A stretch of 64,000 nt of DNA. It comes from Candidatus Uhrbacteria bacterium. GTDB lineage: Bacteria > Patescibacteriota > Patescibacteriia > JACRJV01. The notes under the pieces are model-generated. The model saw only the letters and a list, made by a program, of their open reading frames with translations. It was not told the DNA's origin and did no database searches. The DNA lies in NCBI GenBank assembly GCA_016215325.1, contig JACRJV010000019.1, positions 9,959 through 73,958 of the forward strand. Direction: 5' to 3'. Of the stretch, positions 28,559-40,434 are shown one piece after another. Every line of letters starts with the position of its first letter. Position 1 is the stretch's first letter. The position numbers were made by a program, and so were the translations under genes.

Positions 28559-30492
28559 AAAAAATATTCCACATTAAAGAACACTGGATTCTCTCCAGTG
28601 TTCTTTGTTGGTGTACATTCACAATCCTCGCAAGTGTATTCTACATAACCATCGGCATTTCTCTCATATCGTCCGTTGCTGCCCTTGCTCTTGCGATCTA
28701 TTCTACTCAGTCTCTGGTGAAAAAAACAATGCAATGCTCACAGCGACTTCCCATAGAACGGTTGCCAACCACGAGACAAAGGATCGCCATTCTCTCAGCA
28801 ATACTCGTTGATGTATTCCTCCTTTCAATCGTGTGGTCACTCCGGACTGATTGGGCGCTCCAAACCCCATGGGTCGCTGTCACGATTCCATTTTTCCTGG
28901 CCCTTGGGATATCAACGGCCTTATTGTTATTCGCAGCACAGCAGAAGTCATCATACCTAACTCTTGTGGGTATGACTGCCCACTGGGCGCTCTTGTATGG
29001 AGTTGCACTCATCGCGTTTCGCTACGGCTACGGCTATGATCCGATCATTCACCAAGCGGCAGAGCGCACCGTAGCAGAGCATGGGTCGATTCAGCCCTTC
29101 CAACCTTTCTATATCGGCCAATACTCAATTGTCGGTGCACTCCATGCCCTCACCCGTATTCCAACCGATTTCATCGATCGCATGCTCGTCCCCGTGTTTG
29201 CAATCACAACTCTGCCGACCATCATTTGGTATGGACTCGTACGCGGATACAAAATTCCTTCACACGCAGCAGCCCTCGCTGTACTCGCTCTGCCGATCAT
29301 TCCATTATCAGACCTTACCTACACTGTCCCATATACCCTGACAGTCCTCTATGCAATTTGGTTCGTTTTTCTGTTGCCTGTAAGCATTGACAGCCCTCTG
29401 GCCCGTTGGACCATCGCCATGATTGCCATCGCTGCAGTGGTCACGCATCCTCTGTTGGGTGTCCCCCTTCTACTGCTCAGTCTATGTGTACTGATCAGCG
29501 CTCGAATAAAACAGCAAAAACTTTTGTCGTTATTATTATTTTTCGCCATTCCGACGACTCTCATCGGAATGTTCGGCATATTCCGGCTACTCCATGAACA
29601 ATCTTTTTTTGCACCATGGAGTATTTCGGACTTCTGGACGAATGCCATTGTGGTCTTCTCTATGCCCTACCCATTCAGTGAGGTGGCATGGTACTGGAAA
29701 TTCCTGTATCAATATGAACACTATGGTCTGCTCATCGGCCTGATTATTATGGGCGTGATCGCCCTGATGAAAACAAAAAATGGTCACGATCAACGCCCGC
29801 TACTGGCACTGGTTGCGGGAATGCTCGTCACTGTTGTGCTCCTGCCCACACTGATTGCCATCCCTGGCGTGGTTGAGTATGAACAATATGAGTTCGTTCT
29901 CCGGTTGCGAGATTCGATCGTCCTTTTTCTTCTTCCAATACTGCTTGTAAACATCGGGATGCTACTGCAAAAAACACGATCGATGCTGGTACGATGGGCG
30001 ATAATCGGCGCTATGGGGATACTGACATCGATCGGCTTTTACCTCACCTATCCACAGATTAATCCTGTTGTCCAAGCATCCGGGTGGAATATGGGTCGGC
30101 ACGATATCGATGCGGTCCAAGCGATTGAAGATGATGCTCGAGGGAATCGATTCGTGGTGATCGCCGATCAACTGTTATCCGCTGTAGCATTGAGGGAGCG
30201 CGGATTTGATCAAACACTGCCTACACCTCAACAAGGGGGCATTTACCCTTATGCGATCTCCCCGTCAGAGTTCCTATTCCCCTATCGAGAAGAAATTTTG
30301 TATAGTCAGTTGCGACCAGACGTCGTCACGGGATTATTCGAATATCTTGATCTTGAGTATGTGTATGTCGCGGTTCACGAATATTGGTATCGAGTGGACG
30401 CCATTGAACAAGAAATTATTGACGCGAGCGGTGAGATCATGGTTGGACCCGCAGGAGTAAGGCTCTACCGTTTCCAGAGAGCTCCGAGATAG
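28540..30492 (+). CDS. large polytopic membrane protein (possibly a glycosyl/arabinosyl-transferase-like envelope enzyme)
   Basis: 650 aa with at least 12 hydrophobic segments and a C-terminal soluble domain; no diagnostic motif recognised. Confidence 0.45.
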   Translation: MVVSTIKKIFHIKEHWILSSVLCWCTFTILASVFYITIGISLISSVAALALAIYSTQSLVKKTMQCSQRLPIERLPTTRQRIAILSAILVDVFLLSIVWSLRTDWALQTPWVAVTIPFFLALGISTALLLFAAQQKSSYLTLVGMTAHWALLYGVALIAFRYGYGYDPIIHQAAERTVAEHGSIQPFQPFYIGQYSIVGALHALTRIPTDFIDRMLVPVFAITTLPTIIWYGLVRGYKIPSHAAALAVLALPIIPLSDLTYTVPYTLTVLYAIWFVFLLPVSIDSPLARWTIAMIAIAAVVTHPLLGVPLLLLSLCVLISARIKQQKLLSLLLFFAIPTTLIGMFGIFRLLHEQSFFAPWSISDFWTNAIVVFSMPYPFSEVAWYWKFLYQYEHYGLLIGLIIMGVIALMKTKNGHDQRPLLALVAGMLVTVVLLPTLIAIPGVVEYEQYEFVLRLRDSIVLFLLPILLVNIGMLLQKTRSMLVRWAIIGAMGILTSIGFYLTYPQINPVVQASGWNMGRHDIDAVQAIEDDARGNRFVVIADQLLSAVALRERGFDQTLPTPQQGGIYPYAISPSEFLFPYREEILYSQLRPDVVTGLFEYLDLEYVYVAVHEYWYRVDAIEQEIIDASGEIMVGPAGVRLYRFQRAPR

Positions 30493-30579
30493 CAACATAA
30501 AAAGAGCGCGCCCGGCAGGTCCCGATGAGGGAACGCTGCCGGGCGTTTTTTACGACGACGCAAACGAAGTGGCGTTCAC

Positions 30580-31234
30580 TCAGGGAATCAGATAAACTCT
30601 GTCCCATTCTTTCGCGCCGATCATCTCGGGTTTGATGACCGAAAGAACAACCTTCAACTCCGGGTACCGCTCCTGGAGAACCTGCCGAGCCTTGTACTGG
30701 ACCTCGATATGCTTTCGCAACTCGGCATCCGGTCCCGTGCCCTTGAGTTCGGGGTATTTGGCTGCCATTGCCGCGCAGCCGGCCTCGCAGCCTTTTGTGT
30801 GGCCTTGAAGAATGACGACCCTGTTGTGGTGCGCATTCTTCAAAATTTCCACTTGACGGAATACGAACTCCGGGTCGTCCTGATGCAACGGATCCACGAT
30901 TGCAAGCCCCCCCGCCCGGAACCGAAATATCATCGTACGATGTGGTCTTGAGCGCCTCACGAACCGATCGGCGAGTGTTGTCACCATATCGCCCATCCGA
31001 ACACCGGAGCAGAATGGCCTCGAACCCGTGCGCCTTAAAGGGCGCTTGATGGATCGCCGCGAAGATCGGGGTCGACTTCAACACCTTTTCCGCAACAGCG
31101 TTGATGCGCCCGGGCAGCGAATTAGGCATTGTCTCGTGGGGGACGAAGATGCCCAGAATGGGGAAGATTCCCAGAATCAAGGCAACTGCAACTCCAAGTA
31201 CTATTGTGTTGTGAACGTTGTTACTAATCTTCAT
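30580..31234 (-). pseudogene. membrane-anchored beta-carbonic-anhydrase-like protein interrupted by a +1 frameshift in a G7 homopolymer (30907-30913)
   Basis: Frame 1 reads ...AILLRCSDGRYGD...ISVPGGG and frame 2 reads LAIVDPL...NRVVILQGHTKGCEAGCAAM. Removing one G from GGGGGGG joins them. The CxDxR ... G-G ... GH..C pattern resembles beta-CA. Confidence 0.5.
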
Positions 31235-31424
31235 TGGAAACCCTCCGTTTCCTTGGCGTCTCGTGCCGAACAATGGTGATTCGTCGTGAAGCCCATTTTC
31301 GGCATTCTATAGTATACGAGGATGCGAAGGGTCCTCAAGGGTAGTACCCTTGACAATTTGCCAAATTTGTGCATCAAAAAACCGCTCTTGCGGCGGTTTT
31401 CACATTCCATCATCTCGCACATCT

Positions 31425-32504
31425 TTAGTGTTTATCCTTCTCGTGTCGCTCCAGCACATCCACTGCTCGAGTGTTATGATCAATGGTCACCACCAACCGT
31501 CTCAAATACGGGATAAGCTCTGGGACGCGCTGGCCAATCACATCCAACGCAAAGTTATCTAAGAAGAGCGCTTTCTCTTGCGCCAACAAACGTTCTGGTC
31601 CGGCAGGATCTCGATAGGGCGCCGAGGAAAGCAACACCACGCCGGTATCCTTCGAAATCCGGCCTTCGTCAAGATTGCCTTTAATCAACGTTGCGGCCGT
31701 GGCAATGGCATCGGCAAGATACGGATCAAAAGGGCCCACGATCAAAGCCATGTTAATTTCGTGGAGCCAATCAAACCCCCGACCAACCCCTAATACCCAC
31801 TCGCGATGCTCTGCTTCGACATCAGGCCGATTGGAAGATCGGATTTTTGCAATATGCTGGATGTTGCCTTGCAATAACGGGATGACATCCGGCACAATTG
31901 CCTGAGGCATATTGGGATATAATCGCGATAGTAACGAAACAAGAGCATCAGTCGAAGTGTCAATCACATCGGCCATATCCACCATTTCGCCATTGCTGCC
32001 GTGGAGGATCAAACTTTCGTAATCCGTCTCAATGCCGCATTGGAGGGTGTAAACAACATTCGTTCCAAACACGCGATCAAACTGTTGTTTGAGGTTATGC
32101 GTATACCGCTGCGCTTCATCGGCATCATAATTAAACCCTCGGCACCCCCGATGGGTATTGCCACGCGCATAGTGATAGGTGACCAAGATGAGGCAATGAC
32201 GGCCGCGATGGACAGCGTACTTGACCCACGACTCAATGGATTGTTGAAACGCGATCCATCCAAGGTTAAATCGACCTCCGAGGTTTCTCCAAGGCTGAAG
32301 GATTCCTAAAGCGGTGTTCGTCATCACCGCTGCGTGCAGGCGTCCATCCATACACTTGAGCACGCCAATTTCGGTCGGATGCTGAGCCCGATACAACCGC
32401 CGCTCGAGCGCGGTGCCGGGATTGCAATATGTTTCGGAATTTTCTTTATTGAGCTCTAAGAGATACTCGATCCCGGTCATTCCTTTTGGGATACGGCTGG
32501 ACAT
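31425..32504 (-). CDS. hypothetical protein with a CxDGR motif (VLKCMDGRLH ... THRGCRG), possibly distantly related to the adjacent beta-CA-like gene
   Basis: 359-aa ORF whose motif arrangement is similar to the neighbour; no confident family call. Confidence 0.4.
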   Translation of the reverse strand: MSSRIPKGMTGIEYLLELNKENSETYCNPGTALERRLYRAQHPTEIGVLKCMDGRLHAAVMTNTALGILQPWRNLGGRFNLGWIAFQQSIESWVKYAVHRGRHCLILVTYHYARGNTHRGCRGFNYDADEAQRYTHNLKQQFDRVFGTNVVYTLQCGIETDYESLILHGSNGEMVDMADVIDTSTDALVSLLSRLYPNMPQAIVPDVIPLLQGNIQHIAKIRSSNRPDVEAEHREWVLGVGRGFDWLHEINMALIVGPFDPYLADAIATAATLIKGNLDEGRISKDTGVVLLSSAPYRDPAGPERLLAQEKALFLDNFALDVIGQRVPELIPYLRRLVVTIDHNTRAVDVLERHEKDKH

Positions 32505-32509
32505 AAATA

Positions 32510-32962
32510 TTATTGTGAAACATTAGACGATGATGTACCGTGCCGTGACCGATGCTTGCGCGCTACCCGCAGCCGCGCCAGAGAACGCTCCAATGCCGCG
32601 GCGGCTTCGGCGCCCTTGACATCATCTTTAAATCCTTCTTCGCGCATGATCTTTTGTGCGCGTTCCATAGCTTCTTTCGCCCGTTCTTCCCGAATCGCTT
32701 CCGCGGGTTCAGCCGCGTGGGCCAAGATCAAAACCTCATCGCCTTCTTTCACTTCCACAACCCCGCCGGTCACCAAGAAAGAGTTGAGCAATGTTCCACC
32801 CATGCCGGATTTAAGCTCTACTTCACCGGGGACGAGTTCAGCGATGAGTGCGCGATGCCCGGGGAGAATGCCAAGCTGGCCCATAGTGGTGGGCAACAGC
32901 ACCTCACCAGCCTCGGCCTTGAGGAGGATTTTTTCTTGTGAAATTAGTTGGATGTGCAGCAT
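32510..32962 (-). CDS. atpC: F-type ATP synthase epsilon subunit
   Basis: MLHIQLISQEKILLKAEAGEVLLPTTMGQLGILPGHRALIAEL. Start at MLHIQ; the track ORF reads through the upstream repeat. Confidence 0.85.
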   Translation of the reverse strand: MLHIQLISQEKILLKAEAGEVLLPTTMGQLGILPGHRALIAELVPGEVELKSGMGGTLLNSFLVTGGVVEVKEGDEVLILAHAAEPAEAIREERAKEAMERAQKIMREEGFKDDVKGAEAAAALERSLARLRVARKHRSRHGTSSSNVSQ

Positions 32963-33083
32963 AGGAAATTGGTTACTGGAAATTGGAGAATAGTAATGGA
33001 ACATGGAAATTAGTGTTTGAATACGTTTCCAATCTCCATACACCAATATCTATTACCATTTTCTATTTTCTAGCAACCAGTTT
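32963..33083. repeat. Intercistronic palindromic repeat (GGAAATTGG / TAATGG words and complement)
   Basis: ggaaattggttactggaaattggagaatagtaatggaacatggaaattag ... tttccaatctccatacaccaatatctattaccattttc. Confidence 0.5.
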
Positions 33084-35454
<2,371 letters not shown>

Positions 35455-35459
35455 AATCC

Positions 35460-36974
35460 TTATTGCTGATTAAATTCTGTGAGCACTTCTTTCAGCTTGT
35501 CGATTGTCTTTTCTTCCAACTTCCCCGTTTCAGTAATGGCTTTCACGACTTGGGGCGCATTGGCAGCAACATACGCATGCATTTGTTGTTCGCGCTCACG
35601 GACATCGGCCAGAGGAGTCGCATCAAAGTACCCATTGGTGCCGGCAAAGATGCTCAGCACTTGGTTCGTGACACTCATGGGTTTGAATTGGTCTTGTTTG
35701 AGAAGCTCAGTGAGACGTTGTCCGCGTTCAATCCGCTTGCGGGTTTCCTCATCCAAGTCTGTCGCGAATTGCGCAAAGGCCTCAAGTTCTCTAAACTGTG
35801 CGAGTTCCAAACGAAGCTTACCGGCTACAGACTTCATGGCTTTGGTCTGGGCGCTACTGCCCACACGAGAGACGGAGAGACCCACGTTCAACGCCGGACG
35901 CACGCCTTTGTAAAACAAATCGGTTTCCAAATAAATTTGTCCATCGGTAATCGAAATGACATTTGTGGGAATATAGGCTGATACATCCCCTGCCTGTGTT
36001 TCAATAATCGGCAACGCCGTCAACGATCCGCCGCCGTTTTCTTTATTGAGTCGCGCGGCACGCTCCAATAACCGAGAGTGTAGGTAGAAGACATCACCAG
36101 GGTACGCTTCACGACCAGGTGGGCGGCGCAACAGGAGAGACACTTGACGATACGCCCACGCGTGCTTGGAAAGATCGTCGTATACGACGAGCGCGTCTCC
36201 CCCCGACTCCATCATAAATTCGCCGATGGTAGCGCCACTAAATGGCGCCATAAACCACAACGGTGCGGGGTCTGATGCTCCAGCCACCACCACCACCGTG
36301 TGTTCCATCGCACCATGCTCTTCGAGTTGTGCCACGATCCGAGCCACCTTGGATTCTTTCTGGCCAATCGCAACATAAATACAGGTGACACCCGTCCCCT
36401 TTTGGTTAATAATCGTATCTAAAGCGACTTGAGTCTTCCCAGTTTGGCGGTCCCCAATAATAAGTTCACGCTGCCCACGGCCAATCGGAATCATGCCATC
36501 GATGGCCTTAATGCCGGTTTGAATCGGTGTGTTTACCGCCTGCCGCGTAATAACACCGGGAGCAATTTTTTCGACCGGATCAAACCGATCCGAGACAATA
36601 GGACCTTTGCCGTCGAGCGGTTCGCCCAAAGGATTGATGACACGTCCGACAATCGACCTCGAAACCGGAATGGATAATACACGATTCATTGCCCGTACGG
36701 TGTCGCCCTCACGAATCAGTTTATCGTCTCCCAGCACTACGACCCCAACCGTATCTTCTTCCAAATTTAAGGCAAATCCTTGGCCCAAGGGCTTCGCTTC
36801 GCCTTCGCGAAAAAACTCTACCATCTCCATGCTGCGGACGCTTGGTAACCCAGTAAGGCGGGCCACCCCATCCCCGACCTCCACCACGCGACCCACTTCT
36901 TCTTTGGTGGCCTTGGGAGTGAGGCTGGCGATTTTCTGTTCAATGATGTGGATCAATTGTTTCGCGTCTTGCAT
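35460..36974 (-). CDS. atpA: F-type ATP synthase alpha subunit
   Basis: [19 protein letters not shown] and the ELIIGDRQ P-loop. Confidence 0.95.
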   Translation of the reverse strand: MQDAKQLIHIIEQKIASLTPKATKEEVGRVVEVGDGVARLTGLPSVRSMEMVEFFREGEAKPLGQGFALNLEEDTVGVVVLGDDKLIREGDTVRAMNRVLSIPVSRSIVGRVINPLGEPLDGKGPIVSDRFDPVEKIAPGVITRQAVNTPIQTGIKAIDGMIPIGRGQRELIIGDRQTGKTQVALDTIINQKGTGVTCIYVAIGQKESKVARIVAQLEEHGAMEHTVVVVAGASDPAPLWFMAPFSGATIGEFMMESGGDALVVYDDLSKHAWAYRQVSLLLRRPPGREAYPGDVFYLHSRLLERAARLNKENGGGSLTALPIIETQAGDVSAYIPTNVISITDGQIYLETDLFYKGVRPALNVGLSVSRVGSSAQTKAMKSVAGKLRLELAQFRELEAFAQFATDLDEETRKRIERGQRLTELLKQDQFKPMSVTNQVLSIFAGTNGYFDATPLADVREREQQMHAYVAANAPQVVKAITETGKLEEKTIDKLKEVLTEFNQQ

Positions 36975-37053
36975 AACGATAGAATTTAGAGTCCAGAATT
37001 TAGAATCTAGATTTTTGAACGGTCCCGTTCCTAACTTCTAGATTCGAGATTCT
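36975..37053. repeat. Intercistronic palindromic repeat (AGAATTTAGAATCTAGA ... TTCTAGATTCGAGATTCT)
   Basis: Visible inverted repeat between atpA and atpH. Confidence 0.5.
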
Positions 37054-37449
37054 TTATGAGACAAGTTGCCCGAGTGCGTCCGCGACTGAGGCGCGAATCA
37101 AATGTGTATCGGTTTGCGCGCGTACTCCACCGACGACGTTCGGCTGTTCTTTATACTGTGGCACAACTTCTTTTCCCAACAATTGTGCTAAGAGGGGGGC
37201 GAGAATTTTTTTTGATGCCTCGCCAAGGCTTCGTGCGCTGCTGACTTCCACGCGCACCTTTCCATTCTTTTCCAATATCAATTTCTCAACCTCTGCGTGA
37301 ATCATCGGCAGATGCCGGCCAAGGCCATTGCGATACAACCATTCCCCAATCGTCTCCAGCGTCTGTTTCAATTCACTTCCACTCCACTTCTCACTCACAT
37401 CAACAATGAGGCGAGCAATGGAGTGAATGGTTGCGCGACGATTTTTCAT
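37054..37449 (-). CDS. atpH: F-type ATP synthase delta (OSCP) subunit, N-terminally short (131 aa)
   Basis: The C-terminal OSCP pattern ...VVGGVRAQTDTHLIRASVADALGQL is present. The usual ~45-aa N-terminal domain is absent and stops occur upstream. Confidence 0.7.
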   Translation of the reverse strand: MKNRRATIHSIARLIVDVSEKWSGSELKQTLETIGEWLYRNGLGRHLPMIHAEVEKLILEKNGKVRVEVSSARSLGEASKKILAPLLAQLLGKEVVPQYKEQPNVVGGVRAQTDTHLIRASVADALGQLVS

Positions 37450-37576
37450 ACCAGTGTAGTAGAACTTCGATTATTTTCTTAACTAAGGCTAGAAAGTGGA
37501 CTTTCCTCAGTGATCACCTTAAAGTAGTAACTTCTTTATTTTCAGTTTTACTATCGAAGTTTCACTACCGGGCATA

Positions 37577-38092
37577 TCAAGAGTGGAGCGATTTGGCCAT
37601 CTGTTCAATCATTGTTTCGTCGTCTTTGGCGTTCATTTTTTTTGTCAAGAATTTACTAGCAACATCGACGACCAATTTAGTCATGCTTTTCTCCAACTCT
37701 ACCATAGCTGCCCTCTGTTCTTGTTTAACAACCTTCTGCGCCTCGGCCATCATGGTATCGATTTTCTGCTGGGCCTGTGTCTTGGCTTGTGTTATCATTT
37801 CCGCCGATTGCGCCTGAGCAACAGCTACTACCTCTTGCGCTTGCTTGCGGGCAGAGACAAGCATTTCCTGATGCTCGCGATTCCAAGTTGTACGTTGTTC
37901 ATCCATTTGTTTGGCATCATCCACGCCTTTTTGAATTTTCTGTGCGCGCTCCGTCATGAGGGTGGTCAGCGGCTTGTAGGCCACTTTCCACAGCACGAAG
38001 AGCAGGATCGCAAAATTCACGATCTGTGCCAACAGCAACTTACCTTCAATGCCAAGAGTTTGTATGAGTTCCACAATAAAAACGGTTAACAT
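37577..38092 (-). CDS. atpF: F-type ATP synthase subunit b
   Basis: N-terminal TM helix then a long charged helix. Confidence 0.8.
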   Translation of the reverse strand: MLTVFIVELIQTLGIEGKLLLAQIVNFAILLFVLWKVAYKPLTTLMTERAQKIQKGVDDAKQMDEQRTTWNREHQEMLVSARKQAQEVVAVAQAQSAEMITQAKTQAQQKIDTMMAEAQKVVKQEQRAAMVELEKSMTKLVVDVASKFLTKKMNAKDDETMIEQMAKSLHS

Positions 38093-38144
38093 TTAGGGTA
38101 TAGCGTTTAGTTCTAAACGCTGACCGCTAAACCCTAGACCCTTT
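38093..38144. repeat. Intercistronic palindromic repeat (TTAGGGTATAGCGTTTAG ... CTAAACCCTAGACCC)
   Basis: Shares GGGTAT/CTAAACCC words with the tsaD 964-1043 insertion. Confidence 0.5.
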
Positions 38145-38396
38145 CTAGACAAACTTCACGATGAGCGAAATCACCAACGAATAGATGGCGATGGCTTCAG
38201 CAAACGCGATCGCTAAAATCATAGCTGTCTGGATTTTGTTTGCCGCCTCTGGGTTACGGCCGATGGCATCCAAGGCGTGTGCGCCGATCTTCCCAATCGC
38301 AATGGATGGGAACACCGCACCTAAGACAATGGTGGCGGCCGCGGCAATATTTTTTACCGCAGCAAGGGACTCGTTGAGATTGGCAGGTTCTGCCAT
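38145..38396 (-). CDS. atpE: F-type ATP synthase subunit c
   Basis: Two TM helices, GAVFPSIAIGKIGAHALDAIGRNPEA...AIAFAEAIAIYSLVISLI. Confidence 0.9.
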   Translation of the reverse strand: MAEPANLNESLAAVKNIAAAATIVLGAVFPSIAIGKIGAHALDAIGRNPEAANKIQTAMILAIAFAEAIAIYSLVISLIVKFV

Positions 38397-38411
38397 AGAA
38401 GTAATAATGTA

Positions 38412-39143
38412 TTAATGATGGCTACTTGTCGCCATGGAAAAAAATACTAAGGTGAGCATCGTAAACACAACCGCTTGGATCAGCCCCACAAACAATTCCA
38501 ACCCGTAAAACGGCAACGGTGCTAAGAATGGGGCAATAAATCCGACAATCATCAGCAGCACCTCACCGGCAAAAATGTTCCCAAACAACCGGAACGCAAA
38601 CGAGATGATCTTGGCGAATTCACTCACAATCTCTAAAAGGCCCACAAAGAATAACACGGGATTGCTAAAATTAAAATAGCGCTTGAGGTACCCCGCGCCA
38701 TTGGCCATAAAGCCGAATACCTGCGTCATGACAACCGAAATGACCGCGATGGCAACGGTCATATTGAGATCGGCATACACAGAACGTAAGAGCGGCAGGA
38801 ACTCTCGTTCGCCCTCGTGGATCTTGTAGAACCCAATCGTCCCAAATCCTGGGAATATCCCAAACCAATTGCTCAACACAATAAATAGGAAGAATGTCAC
38901 AAGCAACGGGAAGGCCTTCTTAGCCATTTCCTTGCCGAGCAGGGGTTCAACTAATTCTTGTCCGGCTTCAAAGACAGTCTCCATCACATTCTGAATCCCG
39001 GTTGGCACCAAAGAGAGCGATCGGCGCAACAACAATGCTCCAATAATAAACACCCCCATGACAATCCAAGCGGTGACGAGGGTGTTGGTGATCGGGAATC
39101 CCCAAATATGTCCGAGCACTTCTGCCGCTAAACTGATATGCAC
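38412..39143 (-). CDS. atpB: F-type ATP synthase subunit a
   Basis: Five TM helices and the conserved Arg region (...SFAFRLFGNIFAGE...). Confidence 0.9.
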   Translation of the reverse strand: MHISLAAEVLGHIWGFPITNTLVTAWIVMGVFIIGALLLRRSLSLVPTGIQNVMETVFEAGQELVEPLLGKEMAKKAFPLLVTFFLFIVLSNWFGIFPGFGTIGFYKIHEGEREFLPLLRSVYADLNMTVAIAVISVVMTQVFGFMANGAGYLKRYFNFSNPVLFFVGLLEIVSEFAKIISFAFRLFGNIFAGEVLLMIVGFIAPFLAPLPFYGLELFVGLIQAVVFTMLTLVFFSMATSSHH

Positions 39144-39245
39144 ATTAACGGGAATTACGAATCATGAATAATGAATCATGGATTTTTTGTATCGTGCCCT
39201 GATTCCTTATTCCCAATTCCTGATTCCTGCGACATTTCCTTCGTA
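39144..39245. repeat. Repeat (GAATCATGAATAATGAATCATGG ... TGATTCCTTATTCCCAATTCCTGATTCC) overlapping the atpZ 3' end
   Basis: Tandem/inverted low-complexity words are visible; the atpZ-like C-terminus reads through part of it. Confidence 0.45.
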
Positions 39246-39448
39246 ATTTCCTTCATCTTCATCGCCAACCATATACTGGTAATGACGAAGGCAGCAGCCA
39301 CCCCAACAAGCAACATAAGAGGTGAGCTCCCCCATTGCTTATCCAGCCATCGCCCGAGCAGTGCTAAGGCAACCAGGGGGATCGCGATCACATACCCTAA
39401 GTCCCAGGCCAACCCCAACGCCGTCCAAAGGGAATCGTATCTGCGCAT
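39176..39448 (-). CDS. AtpZ/AtpI-like small membrane protein preceding the atp operon
   Basis: Two TM helices (LGLAWDLGYVIAIPLVALALLGRWLD...LMLLVGVAAAFVITSIW). Confidence 0.5.
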   Translation of the reverse strand: MRRYDSLWTALGLAWDLGYVIAIPLVALALLGRWLDKQWGSSPLMLLVGVAAAFVITSIWLAMKMKEITKEMSQESGIGNKESGHDTKNP

Positions 39449-39557
39449 AGTGCCTTAATGGTAAGTAAAAATGCGAAACTGTCAAGGGTTTGGAACCTCA
39501 TTACAAACTTCATTCCCCGTGCATTGATTAGGATAGAAATTCACGGAAAACACAAGC

Positions 39558-40322
39558 TCACTGACAAACGTACTGATAAAAATCGGCCTTTCCATTTTCT
39601 CCTTCTTTATAATCGCTGAATTGCTGAATGGATACAAACCCGGACTCGCGTAAGCGCTGACGTAATTCTCCGCGTTTAAATGGGTACATTGTCAGCGTTC
39701 CGCGCTCCCCTGTTTCTTGATGCCGGTATTCAAATATAACGGAATCGTCGTGAATTTCGATCGGGCGAGCGTGGACCCGTTCGCCGCAATAGACATACTT
39801 CCCGCTATACTCAAATTTCCCCGCGGCAATCTCATTGCGATGATCCAAAATATATTGATAATTCCGCTCGTCGATTATCAGTACACCATCGAGTTTGAGA
39901 ATTTTCTTAAACTGTCGGAGAGCAGCAAGTTGATCTTGTTTGGTAAAAAGGTAAGTAATGGAATTGCCCAACAGGATCACGGCATCAAAATGGTTATTGG
40001 AAAATTGAGCATCAAGCGCCCGCCAATCCAGTGTCGTAATTTTCAAATCAACATTTTCTTTCCGGGCATTTTCGATCGCCGTTTCCCGAAAGACAGAGTC
40101 CAGCTCATTACTGGTGACATCAAATCCTTGTTTGATCAGATAAATAGAATCGCAGCCATCCCCCAACGACGCCTCCAGAACCGTCTTCGCTCCATATTCC
40201 TGCAATGCCCGCACCAAAAACCCGTTTTCGCCCTTTCTGCGTTTTTCCCAATCAATAAATTCTCCCCAGATATTGGCGAGGTGTAAATTTTGGTAGTTTC
40301 CCGGAACAATACCATTGCTCAT
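39558..40322 (-). CDS. class I SAM-dependent methyltransferase (glycine/sarcosine N-methyltransferase-like)
   Basis: VLEASLGDGCDSIYL (motif I) and DAVILLGNSITYL (post I/II). Start at MSNGIVP. Confidence 0.75.
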   Translation of the reverse strand: MSNGIVPGNYQNLHLANIWGEFIDWEKRRKGENGFLVRALQEYGAKTVLEASLGDGCDSIYLIKQGFDVTSNELDSVFRETAIENARKENVDLKITTLDWRALDAQFSNNHFDAVILLGNSITYLFTKQDQLAALRQFKKILKLDGVLIIDERNYQYILDHRNEIAAGKFEYSGKYVYCGERVHARPIEIHDDSVIFEYRHQETGERGTLTMYPFKRGELRQRLRESGFVSIQQFSDYKEGENGKADFYQYVCQ

Positions 40323-40434
40323 ACGAATCTCTTTCTGGATCATAGCAGACAAGGAGCGAAAGAAAAGGACCTCCCAAGCTTGGCCCAGGAGGTTCCTATA
40401 TTTCGTCACGAAGAGACGAAATCGGAGTAGTGTC

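Noticed and set aside
30437-31273. 278-aa ORF read as a single gene
   Set aside because: Only the first ~120 codons look protein-like. The continuation is in the overlapping 30580-30996 frame after a G7 homopolymer, so it is treated as one frameshifted gene rather than two genes.
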